Below are positions 1 to 8,646 of a stretch of 62,662 bases of DNA, piece by piece. The translations under genes and the position numbers were made by a program. Source of the stretch: a virus (Duplodnaviria; Caudoviricetes); the IMG/VR virus record IMGVR_UViG_3300032322_000475, positions 1 to 62,662 of that record. The stretch is one strand, 5' to 3'. Under the pieces are notes generated by a model that saw only the letters and a program-made list of their open reading frames with translations, did no database searches and was not told where the DNA came from. Position 1 is the first letter of the stretch. Each line of letters starts with the position of its first letter.

Positions 1-1
1 G

Positions 2-688
2 ACCGCACGATACAACCACGAAACCATCGCTCTGGGTTTCTCGCTGACCGAAGAGGCCATCGAAGATAACCTGTATGACAGCCTGTCGGCTCGTTATACC
101 AAGGCGCTGGCTCGTGCGATGTCGTACACCAAGCAGGTTAAGGCAGCAGCAGTACTGAACAATGGCTTCTCGTCTAACTACCCCGGTGGTGATGGCGTGG
201 CTCTGTTCAGCACAGCACACCCGCTGGTTAGCGGTGGCACCAACAGCAACACTCCGTCGACTCAAGTTGACCTCTCGGAAACCGCGTTGGAAAACGCAGT
301 TATCCAGATCGCAGCTTGGACTGACGAACGTGGTCTGCTGATCGCCGCACGCCCACGTAAACTGGTTGTGCCTCCAGCATTGCAGTTCGTGGCAACCCGA
401 CTGCTGGAAACGCAACTGCGTCCTGGTACCAATGACAACGACGTTAACGCGATCGTTAACAACGGTTCCATCCCAGAAGGCTATACGATCAACCACTTCT
501 TGACCGATACGAACGCATGGTTCCTGACCACTGATGTTCCTAACGGCATGAAGCACTTTGTTCGTACTCCGTTGCAGAACTCAATGGACGGCGACTTCGA
601 TACAGGTAACGTACGTTATAAGGCTCGTGAGCGTTATTCGTTCGGCTGGTCGGATCCGCTTGGCATGTTCGCATCGCAGGGCGCGTAA
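2..688 (+). CDS. Major capsid protein, C-terminal part (5' truncated)
   Basis: Frame open from base 2 (TARYNHETIALGFSLTEEAIEDNLYDSLSARYTKALARAMSYT...); HK97/Mu gpT-like end KARERYSFGWSDPLG; followed by a terminator. Confidence 0.9.
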   Translation, partial: TARYNHETIALGFSLTEEAIEDNLYDSLSARYTKALARAMSYTKQVKAAAVLNNGFSSNYPGGDGVALFSTAHPLVSGGTNSNTPSTQVDLSETALENAVIQIAAWTDERGLLIAARPRKLVVPPALQFVATRLLETQLRPGTNDNDVNAIVNNGSIPEGYTINHFLTDTNAWFLTTDVPNGMKHFVRTPLQNSMDGDFDTGNVRYKARERYSFGWSDPLGMFASQGA

Positions 689-691
689 TAG

Positions 692-719
692 AAGGGGGGG
701 TGATAAACCCCCCTTTTTT
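692..719 (+). terminator. Intrinsic terminator after the capsid gene
   Basis: AAGGGGGG/CCCCCCTT stem followed by a T-run immediately after the stop codon. Confidence 0.8.
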
Positions 720-747
720 CATAGATTTATGCTATAACGCAGTAACT

Positions 748-820
748 CCGGGAATCCCGGGTGTGGCAAACAGTCCCGGCTGACGTCAAGCAGATTGCCA
801 TACCGAACTCGCTTGAGAGG
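748..820 (+). ncRNA. Candidate structured cis-regulatory RNA leader (double pseudoknot)
   Basis: Interleaved complementary pairs 748-753/774-779, 760-769/795-804, 786-791/811-816; the last abuts SD GAGG (817-820); extended -10-like TGCTATAAC at 730-738. Confidence 0.5.
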
Positions 821-828
821 ACAATTCG

Positions 829-1296
829 ATGGCTGTATCTACTACCCAATCCATTTGGCGTTCGGGCGGCGGTGATAACACTCGCCAAGCCTATTGTGGC
901 ACCGGCGTCATGGCAGCAACCTTTTTCGTTGCTAACGCGGCAGTCTCTGGCAACGTTGTCGTTGCACAGGGTCAGACTGCTGAAGTCATTCTTCCTGCTA
1001 ACGCTGTTGTAACGCACGTCATGATTACCGATGCTTTGACTTCGGGCACCATGAACGTTGGCTACGTGACAGTTGACGGCGCAACCAACAATGCTTCTTA
1101 CCTTGCTGATGGCGCTTCTGCTGTGGCAACGATTACACCTGGCTCGACCGGCAACGGCGCTGGCCTTGGTCTCGTGATGAATGCTACCCAGAACGTCAAG
1201 ATCACAACTCAGAGCAAGAGTTCGGCTGTTGGCAACGTTGGCGGCATCATCCTCTACTACGTTACTGATCCCCTCTTTGGTCAGCAGAACAGCTAA
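829..1296 (+). CDS. Putative virion structural/capsid decoration protein
   Basis: 155 aa, Ala/Thr/Val/Gly-rich, directly after the capsid gene, SD GAGG. Confidence 0.6.
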   Translation: MAVSTTQSIWRSGGGDNTRQAYCGTGVMAATFFVANAAVSGNVVVAQGQTAEVILPANAVVTHVMITDALTSGTMNVGYVTVDGATNNASYLADGASAVATITPGSTGNGAGLGLVMNATQNVKITTQSKSSAVGNVGGIILYYVTDPLFGQQNS

Positions 1297-1308
1297 TAGG
1301 GTGTCGCT

Positions 1309-1797
1309 ATGGCTATGCAAACAGACGTTTTTTCGTATCACGCAGTAAGCTCATCGCTTGCGTATGGCGCACGTTCACGTCTGAAGGGTGTGGTTATATC
1401 CCCCGTTACGTCCGTAACTTTCAACTCATGTGTAGTTGATACTGCTGGGGCGTTGACGGGGACATACGATATTCCCGGCTCGACAGTATGTACCGTCACC
1501 ATAGCTAATCATGGCCTGTCGAATGGCGCACGAGTTGGCTTCGACTTTACTACTGGTGCGGGAATAGATGATGCTTATGTTGTGTCGAATGCGACAACCA
1601 ACACGCTCACTATAACCACGGCCAATCTAACGACCAGTGGTAATGTGACGATGTACCCGAAGGTCCTTACTGAATTGGATTCCTCTTCAGGAACGGCTTT
1701 TTACACATTAATTCCCGGTGAGGGGATTCTTGCTTCAGAAGGGTTATTCTGTTTGCTGCCATCCGCCAACGTAACCATGACTATTTTCTACGGATAG
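1309..1797 (+). CDS. Putative structural protein, paralog A
   Basis: Starts MAMQTDV, ends TIFYG; internal TVTIANHGL..G..V.FDFTTG beta module. Confidence 0.65.
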   Translation: MAMQTDVFSYHAVSSSLAYGARSRLKGVVISPVTSVTFNSCVVDTAGALTGTYDIPGSTVCTVTIANHGLSNGARVGFDFTTGAGIDDAYVVSNATTNTLTITTANLTTSGNVTMYPKVLTELDSSSGTAFYTLIPGEGILASEGLFCLLPSANVTMTIFYG

Positions 1798-1806
1798 GAA
1801 TAGCTT

Positions 1807-2301
1807 GTGATGCAAACGGACGTTAAATCTGCGATTGCAAAAAATACAGGGCTGCTTGTAACCATGATCCCTGTACGCTTGAAATCTATCACGGTGACAA
1901 GCGCGACAGTATCGGCAAGAAATGTTTCCGTATGTGACCCAACGGCTCAGAAATCTGGCACGTATTCTCGTACAAACCCTAGCGCTACAATCACCGTCAC
2001 CATAACGAACCACGGTTTTGTTACTGGGCAACGAGTGTTTTTAGATTTTACCTCTGGCGCTGGTCGGGATGGTGCATACACGATTACGAAAACTGGCGAT
2101 GATACGTTTACCTGTGTCGATACTGGCGTAACTTCTACGACGAGCGGCGACGTTACAGCGTATAGCAAGATTTTGTTAGAGGTTGATACCTTCAATACAA
2201 TTGGCTTGCCTATTATGATTCCAGGCCAAGGTATTTACTGCCCTAACGGTATGTTTGTAGGATGTGGTGCGTCTGTAACGGCAACAGTTTTTTATGGCTA
2301 A
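1807..2301 (+). CDS. Putative structural protein, paralog B
   Basis: Starts (M)MQTDV, ends TVFYG; same TVTITNHGF..G..VFLDFTSG module. Confidence 0.65.
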   Translation: MMQTDVKSAIAKNTGLLVTMIPVRLKSITVTSATVSARNVSVCDPTAQKSGTYSRTNPSATITVTITNHGFVTGQRVFLDFTSGAGRDGAYTITKTGDDTFTCVDTGVTSTTSGDVTAYSKILLEVDTFNTIGLPIMIPGQGIYCPNGMFVGCGASVTATVFYG

Positions 2302-2548
2302 GAAGACTCCATCCCTTGCTATCGGTCGCGGCGAAAAGCTGCCCGTATCCAAGGGCGCGGGTCTGACTGCCAAAGGCAGGGCGAAGTACAACAAAGCTAC
2401 CGGCAGCAATCTCAAGGCTCCGCAGCCAGAGGGTGGCGCTCGCAAGCGTTCCTTTTGCGCTCGGATGTCTGGAATGCCGGGACCTATGAAAGACGAGAAG
2501 GGTCGCCCAACAAGGAAGGCGGCATCTTTGAAAAGGTGGAAGTGTTAA
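2294..2548 (+). CDS. Small basic protein (DUF6321-like)
   Basis: GLTAKGRAKYN...NLKAP...RKRSFCARM...LKRWKC pattern; Lys/Arg-rich. Confidence 0.65.
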   Translation: MAKKTPSLAIGRGEKLPVSKGAGLTAKGRAKYNKATGSNLKAPQPEGGARKRSFCARMSGMPGPMKDEKGRPTRKAASLKRWKC

Positions 2549-2550
2549 CT

Positions 2551-2799
2551 GTGGACTTAGCATTTGTTTGGAATGGCGCTCTGTCGCTGTTTGTGGGCTT
2601 GTTTGCTTACATTGCCCATGAGAAGTTTTCCGAGCTGGCACGCATCACGATCTTGTTGAACAAGACCCGTGAGGAGATTGCGCGGGATAACGTGACAAAG
2701 GCAGAAGTGGATCGCATCACAGATCATATTGACCAGCGGTTTAATCGTCTTGAGACCAAGATAGATCAACTGATTGAGTCGCAACGGAGGGTGTTATGA
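2551..2799 (+). CDS. Small membrane protein with coiled coil
   Basis: GTG start after the upstream stop; N-terminal hydrophobic helix then heptads (RFNRLETKIDQL); stop overlaps next ATG. Confidence 0.6.
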   Translation: MDLAFVWNGALSLFVGLFAYIAHEKFSELARITILLNKTREEIARDNVTKAEVDRITDHIDQRFNRLETKIDQLIESQRRVL

Positions 2800-3368
2800 A
2801 GCGCAAGGTAAAACGTTACGCCGAAGGTGAAATGGTTGAGGGCGATGAAATCCCGATGGACATGGAGCCTCGTCGTTCGATTAAAGATTACATGACCAAC
2901 CCTGCCAAAGAAACTGAGGGTGGTTATACATCTCCAGTGCGGGAATACGCGCGAGAAGCAAAAGCGCCTGTAAGAAAACGCAAGCGCGTTCCAAAATATT
3001 CGGACGTTGTTAAAGCGTCGGAACTTGGTTCGCAAGACTTTTCTTCCAAGAAAGCTCCTGAAAAAAGTCGTGACATGAGCGCTGCTGCGTTGCTTGCTAT
3101 TCCAGCGGCTGCCGCCGCTGCTGCTGGTATGCGGCGCAATATCAGAACAGGTAGCCGTGCTGGCTCGCGTGTAGAGCCAACCATGTCTCGAGTTCGCACG
3201 CAAGAGATTGATCCGTTTGATCAGATGGCGATGGATCGTATGACGGGCGAAGGCGGACGCAAGAAGGGCGGCCACATCAAAGCCAAGAAAATGGCAAGCG
3301 GTGGCTCTGCATCATCTCGTGCCGATGGTATTGCCCAGCGAGGCAAGACTCGTGGGAGGATGTGCTGA
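2796..3368 (+). CDS. Basic protein with xxGG motifs and C-terminal RADG-RGKTRG module
   Basis: Ends RKKGG...MASGGSASSRADGIAQRGKTRGRMC; coupled to both neighbours. Confidence 0.7.
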   Translation: MKRKVKRYAEGEMVEGDEIPMDMEPRRSIKDYMTNPAKETEGGYTSPVREYAREAKAPVRKRKRVPKYSDVVKASELGSQDFSSKKAPEKSRDMSAAALLAIPAAAAAAAGMRRNIRTGSRAGSRVEPTMSRVRTQEIDPFDQMAMDRMTGEGGRKKGGHIKAKKMASGGSASSRADGIAQRGKTRGRMC

Positions 3369-3988
3369 TGAGAAAGCGTCGGAAGTTTGCTGACGGTGGC
3401 GTCACCGGCGGCCAAGTGCAGCAGCCCACTTATCCGTTCTATGGCAACCAACCGCAGGCTGGCGGTCAGAGTGGCGGGATGAATCAGACGTTCAACATGC
3501 AGCCGCAAGCCATGTCTGGTCCGAACGATCAGATGACACAGCGCTTTGCCAAAGGTGGACAGGCTAAAGTTGGCAAGGTCATGAGTGAGTTCAAGTCTGG
3601 CAAGTTAAAGTCATCGTCAGGTCAGAAGGTAACCAACCCCAAGCAGGCCATCGCCATCGGTCTTTCCGAAGCTGGCCTTTCCAAAAAAGCCAAAGGAGGC
3701 GAAATGAAAGAGTCGAAAGCGATGGTTAAGAAGGAAGTGTCGTTCATGAAAAAGAAGGGCGCTCCTAAGTCGATGATCAAACATGAGGAAGCAGAGATGA
3801 CTGGCATGAAAAAAGGCGGCAAGGTTAAGAAGATGGCGATGGGTGGCATGGGTGCATCCAAGATGGGTTCAGTCAAAACTGCTGCTCCTAGCCGTGATGG
3901 CGTTGCTGTTAAAGGCAAGACTAAAGGCACCATGGTCAAGATGGCTAAAGGCGGCACGATGAAGAAAGCCTACGGCGGTAAGTGCTAA
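3368..3988 (+). CDS. Lys-rich protein with seven xxGG motifs and a DUF6496-like segment
   Basis: TGATG coupling; KVGKVMSEFKSGKLKSSSGQKVTNPKQAIAIGLSEAG; FADGG, FAKGG, KAKGG, MKKGG, MAMGG, MAKGG, KAYGG. Confidence 0.7.
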   Translation: MRKRRKFADGGVTGGQVQQPTYPFYGNQPQAGGQSGGMNQTFNMQPQAMSGPNDQMTQRFAKGGQAKVGKVMSEFKSGKLKSSSGQKVTNPKQAIAIGLSEAGLSKKAKGGEMKESKAMVKKEVSFMKKKGAPKSMIKHEEAEMTGMKKGGKVKKMAMGGMGASKMGSVKTAAPSRDGVAVKGKTKGTMVKMAKGGTMKKAYGGKC

Positions 3989-4000
3989 CTGGAGAACTCC

Positions 4001-4318
4001 ATGCGTGGTATGTCACCGAATGATGTAAGCGCCACACGAACTGGCCTTGATCTTGAGCGTGGACGTGAGCGAGAGATGGATTTAGCGGCAGCTCGTAGCC
4101 GTATGCCATCAACCATGGAAACGAACGTTCCGCGGATTCCAATGATTAGTCCGCCAACGCAACCGCCTGTTATGCCTGCTGCGATGCCAGCGGTACCACG
4201 AGTGCCGATGAAAAAAGGCGGCAAGGTAAAGAAGGCAAAAGGTAGTTCTGTGTCGTCTGCAAGCAAGCGGGCAGACGGCTGCGCCCAGCGCGGTAAAACC
4301 AGAGGGAAATTCGTGTGA
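4001..4318 (+). CDS. Basic protein with MKKGG and RADG-RGKTRG module
   Basis: SD GGAG; ends MKKGGKVKK...SASKRADGCAQRGKTRGKFV. Confidence 0.7.
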   Translation: MRGMSPNDVSATRTGLDLERGREREMDLAAARSRMPSTMETNVPRIPMISPPTQPPVMPAAMPAVPRVPMKKGGKVKKAKGSSVSSASKRADGCAQRGKTRGKFV

Positions 4319-4650
4319 GACCGTCACGCGGCATGGGGGATATCAACCCCAGAAAAATGCCCAAGGCGAAGGTAAAAGCTCGTCGGGACAATACTGACTT
4401 CACGGAATATGCCAAGGGCGGTTCCGTGCGGTTGGGTAAGCCGTCGGTGGAGGATGCTGTGCGTGGCGCTGCCAAGCGGTCAAAGGTCAACGCTGCTGGC
4501 AACTACACCAAGCCGGGTATGCGTAAGCGTATGTTTGAAAGCATCAAGGCATCTGCGGTGCAGGGTACGGCGGCAGGTCAGTGGTCAGCCCGCAAGGCAC
4601 AGCTACTGGCAAAGAGATACAAGGCGAAGGGCGGAGGTTATCGTGGCTGA
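4315..4650 (+). CDS. Basic protein, DUF5872-like N-half
   Basis: GTGA coupling; YTKP..RKR...GQWSARKAQLLAKRYKAKGGGY; YAKGG motif. Confidence 0.65.
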   Translation: MRPSRGMGDINPRKMPKAKVKARRDNTDFTEYAKGGSVRLGKPSVEDAVRGAAKRSKVNAAGNYTKPGMRKRMFESIKASAVQGTAAGQWSARKAQLLAKRYKAKGGGYRG

Positions 4651-4927
4651 GAAAAAAGAAACCAAGAAAGAACGCGCTACTTTTAAAACGGTTCGTAGTT
4701 ATCCATACGGTAGTGCGGAACTGAGCGGTAGTGAAGTGCTGCGCGATAATATTTCGACCGGCGTGCATTTTAAAGATGATGAAGGCGGGGAAAAGAAAGC
4801 TCGCGAATATGCTTCTGAAATGCAACGCGAAACTCGTGGCATGAAAAAAGGCGGTGCTGTGAAGTCAGCGTCAGCCCGTGCCGATGGTTGCGCCATGCGT
4901 GGTAAGACTCGTGGAAAGATAGTGTGA
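4643..4927 (+). CDS. Basic protein with MKKGG and RADG-RGKTRG module
   Basis: GTG at 4643 after SD GGAGG (4633-4637); ends MKKGGAVKSASARADGCAMRGKTRGKIV. Confidence 0.7.
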   Translation: MAEKKETKKERATFKTVRSYPYGSAELSGSEVLRDNISTGVHFKDDEGGEKKAREYASEMQRETRGMKKGGAVKSASARADGCAMRGKTRGKIV

Positions 4928-4928
4928 G

Positions 4929-5162
4929 ATGAAAGCCCCGCAGCAAAGCCTTAAATCCTGGGGTGAGCAAAAGTGGCGAACGAAAAGCGGCAAGCCATCG
5001 TCAAAGACCGGAGAGCGTTATCTCCCGGAAAACGCGATCAAGGCTCTAAGCCCAGCCGAGTATGCCGCCACGACGAAGGCAAAGCGGGCAGGGAAGAAAG
5101 CAGGAAAGCAGTTTGTTAAACAGCCCAAGGGTATAGCACAGAAGACTGCGAGATTTAGGTAA
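4929..5162 (+). CDS. Basic protein, DUF5872-like C-half
   Basis: QQSLKSWGEQKWRTKSG...ERYLP..AIKALS..EY..T..AKR...GKQFV. Confidence 0.65.
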   Translation: MKAPQQSLKSWGEQKWRTKSGKPSSKTGERYLPENAIKALSPAEYAATTKAKRAGKKAGKQFVKQPKGIAQKTARFR

Positions 5163-5902
5163 TGGCATACACCACTTCTACAACGACGTTCAATCCAACC
5201 GTCAACGAAATCTTCGAAGAAGCTTTCGAGCGTTGCGGTCTTGAGATGCGTACGGGCTACGATTTTCGTACCGCTCGGCGCAGCTTGAACTTGTTGCTGA
5301 CGGAGTGGGCAAACCGTGGCATCAATTTATGGACTATCGAGTCGGCAACGATTCCGCTTGTACAAGGGCAGATTACCTATGATCTACCTATTGACACCGT
5401 GGATCTTCTGGAACATGTTATTCGAACTAATCCCGGTCAGATTGGCACCCAGTCAGACATCAACATCAACCGAATCTCTGTCTCAACCTACGCGACGATC
5501 CCGAACAAGCTCACGCAAGGGCGTCCGATCCAAGTCTGGATAAACCGTCGTAGCGGCCAGACCACGGACGTGCCGGGCGCAACACCGCAGAACCCGCAGA
5601 TCAACGTTTGGCCGTCACCAGATCAGGGTACGGCACAGACTCCGTACTACTACTTCGTGTACTGGCGGCTGCGCAGGATGTTTGACGCGGGCAACGGTGT
5701 AAACGTTGAGGACATCCCATTCCGCTTTCAGGAAGCCATCATCTGCGGGTTGGCATACCGGTTGGCGATGAAGGTTCCTGGTGGTCTGGAGCGCATTCAG
5801 TTTCTGAAGGCGCAGTATGACGAGGCGTGGGAGATGGCGGCTGGCGAGGATCGGGAAAAGGCACCGGATAGACTGGTGCCACGCATGATCACATATAGGT
5901 GA
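5162..5902 (+). CDS. Head-tail connector/adaptor protein (P22 gp4-like)
   Basis: IFEEAFERCG...ARRSLNLLLTEWANRG N-terminus; EAIICGLAYRLA C-terminal helix; position before tail genes. Confidence 0.6.
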   Translation: MAYTTSTTTFNPTVNEIFEEAFERCGLEMRTGYDFRTARRSLNLLLTEWANRGINLWTIESATIPLVQGQITYDLPIDTVDLLEHVIRTNPGQIGTQSDININRISVSTYATIPNKLTQGRPIQVWINRRSGQTTDVPGATPQNPQINVWPSPDQGTAQTPYYYFVYWRLRRMFDAGNGVNVEDIPFRFQEAIICGLAYRLAMKVPGGLERIQFLKAQYDEAWEMAAGEDREKAPDRLVPRMITYR

Positions 5903-5905
5903 TGT

Positions 5906-6328
5906 ATGCCTAGCAAGTACGCTAGTGGTAAAAAGAGTATTGCAGAGTGTGACCGGTGTGGTTTCCGGTATCAGCTCAAAGTGTTAAAGACGCTGACGAT
6001 CAAGACGAAGAACGTCAAGATCAAGGTGTGTCCGACCTGCTGGGAACCTGACCAGCCGCAGTTGAGTCTTGGCCTATATCCGGTCAATGATCCGCAGGCG
6101 GTACGGGAGCCAAGGCCGGATTTGTCGTACTGGCAGTCTGGTATGACGGGGTTGCAGGCAGACTACAACTCTGGCACAAACATCTTGCAGGATGGATTCC
6201 CCGGTGGTGGTAGCCGGATCTTCCAGTGGGGTTGGGCACCGATAGGCGGGGCTAGGGCTAACGACGATGGATTAACGCCAAACAATCTTGTGGCGCAAAC
6301 GACGGTAGCAAACGTGACTATCAACTAG
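5906..6328 (+). CDS. Zinc-ribbon protein
   Basis: CDRC and CPTC pairs. Confidence 0.6.
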   Translation: MPSKYASGKKSIAECDRCGFRYQLKVLKTLTIKTKNVKIKVCPTCWEPDQPQLSLGLYPVNDPQAVREPRPDLSYWQSGMTGLQADYNSGTNILQDGFPGGGSRIFQWGWAPIGGARANDDGLTPNNLVAQTTVANVTIN

Positions 6329-6337
6329 GAGTGAATG

Positions 6338-6487
6338 ATGGACAAGATGAAGCAGGTAGCCAAAGCCGAGGTGAAAGCGCATGAGAAGCGTATGCACAAA
6401 GGCATGAAAAAGGGTGGCGTAACCACCGCTGATCTGAAAAAATACGGGCGCAACGAGGCTCGCATTCAAAACCAGAAAACCAAGTGA
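6338..6487 (+). CDS. 49-aa basic protein with MKKGG motif (below ORF-track cutoff)
   Basis: SD AGGAG; MDKMKQVAKAEVKAHEKRMHKGMKKGGVTTADLKKYGRNEARIQNQKTK; fills the gap between neighbours. Confidence 0.7.
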   Translation: MDKMKQVAKAEVKAHEKRMHKGMKKGGVTTADLKKYGRNEARIQNQKTK

Positions 6488-6494
6488 GGCTGAC

Positions 6495-6770
6495 ATGGCA
6501 AAGTACTCTATGAAAAAGGGCGGGAAAGAGGTTGGTCCCGCTTCCGTTTATGCCCCTCCTCACACGATGACTGGCAAGGCTGTGTCTGCCAAGCTGAAGA
6601 AGATGGAAGATCCCAACAACATCGCTGTTGACAAGCTAGGTCCACGCACGGCTGTGCAGCGCGTGTCTGCGGGCGATCCTGGTCGGGAAGACACCAAGAC
6701 CACGGGCATCAAGATTCGCGGTACTGGTGCTGCCACCAAGGGTGTAATGGCTAGAGGTCCGATGGCATGA
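6495..6770 (+). CDS. Small basic protein
   Basis: MKKGG near the N-terminus; ends IRGTGAATKGVMARGPMA. Confidence 0.7.
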   Translation: MAKYSMKKGGKEVGPASVYAPPHTMTGKAVSAKLKKMEDPNNIAVDKLGPRTAVQRVSAGDPGREDTKTTGIKIRGTGAATKGVMARGPMA

Positions 6771-7450
6771 CATACGCCGAGCTTGTTACCGCGATACAGG
6801 AGTACACGGAAAACTACGAACAGACGTTCGTAGATAACATCCCTGTTTTCCTGCGACAGACTGAAACCCGTGTGTACAACACGGTTCAGGTTCCTGCCCT
6901 GCGTGCTAACAAGACCGGCATCCTGTCCACCAACAACAAGTATCTATCTGCGCCCGGCGATTTCCTCGCGGTGTACTCCATGGCAGTGATTGAGAACTAT
7001 GGCACTGCCACCGAGGAATATCACTATCTGCTGAACAAGGATGTGAACTACATCCGTGCTGCTTACCCTACGCCAGCGGATACAGGATTGCCGCAGTACT
7101 ACGCGATCTTTGGGCCGACGACTACTAGCAATGTTGTGACGGACGAGCTGTCATTTATTTTGGGTCCGACGCCAGATGCGGCATACACAGTAGAGCTGCA
7201 TTACTACTATTACCCAGAGTCGATCACGACGGCACCAGATGGGCGCACATGGCTGGGTGATAACTATGATCCGATATTGCTGTACGGTGCTTTGCGCGAA
7301 GCATATTTGTTCATGAAGGGCGAGCAGGATTTGGTTGCCAACGTCGAGGCCAAGTACAACGAGGCTATGGGTCAACTGAAACGTCTGGGCGATGGCATGG
7401 AGCGTCAGGACGCATACCGTAGCGGTCAGGTTAGGGTGAGAGTCACATGA
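6767..7450 (+). CDS. Phage adaptor/neck protein
   Basis: MTYAELVTAIQEY start, GLPQYYA, ILGPTPDAAYTVELHYY, LLYGALREA motifs typical of podovirus adaptors. Confidence 0.65.
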   Translation: MTYAELVTAIQEYTENYEQTFVDNIPVFLRQTETRVYNTVQVPALRANKTGILSTNNKYLSAPGDFLAVYSMAVIENYGTATEEYHYLLNKDVNYIRAAYPTPADTGLPQYYAIFGPTTTSNVVTDELSFILGPTPDAAYTVELHYYYYPESITTAPDGRTWLGDNYDPILLYGALREAYLFMKGEQDLVANVEAKYNEAMGQLKRLGDGMERQDAYRSGQVRVRVT

Positions 7451-7872
7451 CGATCTACCAAGGACTGACTACAAGCTTTAAGGTGGACATCCTGAATGGC
7501 CGCCAGAACATTGCGTCTGACACGCTGAAGATGGCGCTGTATGACGGCTATGTGGAACTGGATCAGAACACGACAGAGTACACATCAACGAATGAGATTA
7601 CTGGTGTTGGGTATTCGGCTGGTGGTCAGGCGTTAGCGAACGTGACCATCAACTCAACCAGCAATGGCATTGTGTACGTCAGTTTTGACAACGTGGTGTG
7701 GAACCCGGCACAGTTTGTAACTAGAGGGGCGTTGATATACAACTTCACTCGAGCAAATGCGTCGGTAGCCACTTTGGATTTTGGTAGTGACAAGACGCAG
7801 GCGGGTAACGGTACGTTCTCTGTAGTGTTGCCACCTGATACGGCGTCGAGTGCGCTGATACGTATTAATTGA
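7447..7872 (+). CDS. Virion structural protein
   Basis: LKMALY...NEITGVGYSAGG...GALIYN beta-protein in the tail module. Confidence 0.6.
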   Translation: MTIYQGLTTSFKVDILNGRQNIASDTLKMALYDGYVELDQNTTEYTSTNEITGVGYSAGGQALANVTINSTSNGIVYVSFDNVVWNPAQFVTRGALIYNFTRANASVATLDFGSDKTQAGNGTFSVVLPPDTASSALIRIN

Positions 7873-7881
7873 GGAGTAGCT

Positions 7882-8457
7882 ATGAGCATCGAAACTTCTA
7901 AGTCAAGCGAAACCGTCAACGGCGCTGTCGCTCGTAAAACTGGCTTTGATGAAAAGCTGTCGGCTGGCGGCGTGTTTACCGTCACCTGCTATGACAGCGA
8001 AGGCAATCAGAAGTGGGTAGATATTTGCCCGAACCTTGTGGTCAATGTCGGCTTGCAGGACATGAACAACAAGTACTTCAGCGGCAGTACTTACACGGCT
8101 GCTTGGTACGTTGGCTTGGTGAATGGCACATCTGCTAGCACCACGTTCTCTGGCGGTGATACTTTGCCAACTCATCCGGGCTGGGATGAGAACACAAGCT
8201 ATACCGGCAACCGCAAGGCTGCGACCTTTGGTGCGGCAACGTTGGCGGATCCATCAAACATCAACAACGCATCCTCTACCGCGTCGTTCACGATGAACGC
8301 AAACGCGACGATTGCCGGTGCGTTCTTGGCGAACGTGGCAACGGGCACCTCTGGCATTCTGTTCTCGGTGTCTGACTTCCAAGCGCCGGGCGACCGCACG
8401 GTGGTTAGCGGTGACGTCTTGAACGTAACGTATTCCTTCAACCTAGACGCAACCTGA
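7882..8457 (+). CDS. Virion structural protein
   Basis: NLVVNVG...WYVGL...ASFTMNANATIAGAFL...GDVLNVTY; tail-module position. Confidence 0.6.
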   Translation: MSIETSKSSETVNGAVARKTGFDEKLSAGGVFTVTCYDSEGNQKWVDICPNLVVNVGLQDMNNKYFSGSTYTAAWYVGLVNGTSASTTFSGGDTLPTHPGWDENTSYTGNRKAATFGAATLADPSNINNASSTASFTMNANATIAGAFLANVATGTSGILFSVSDFQAPGDRTVVSGDVLNVTYSFNLDAT

Positions 8458-8469
8458 TAGGAGCTAAAC

Positions 8470-8643
8470 ATGTACAAGAAGGGTGACGTTGTAAAGCTCA
8501 AGGCTGCTGTACCGCAGGGTCCGATTGGGTCTATGCGTATGGATGAAGATGGCACCGTGTGGTGCCTGCTGGAATGGACTGGTGAAGATGGTCAGGTTCA
8601 TTCACGCTGGTTTAAGGATGAAGACTTGGTGTCTGCGGAGTAA
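8470..8643 (+). CDS. 57-aa protein, YodC/DUF2158-like (below ORF-track cutoff)
   Basis: SD AGGAG; MYKKGDVVKLK...VWCLLEW...RWFKDEDL. Confidence 0.6.
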   Translation: MYKKGDVVKLKAAVPQGPIGSMRMDEDGTVWCLLEWTGEDGQVHSRWFKDEDLVSAE

Positions 8644-8646
8644 TAT

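Noticed and set aside
4409-4642. 5' extension of ORF 4409-4927
   Set aside because: Overlaps gene 4315-4650; GTG at 4643 has a strong SD
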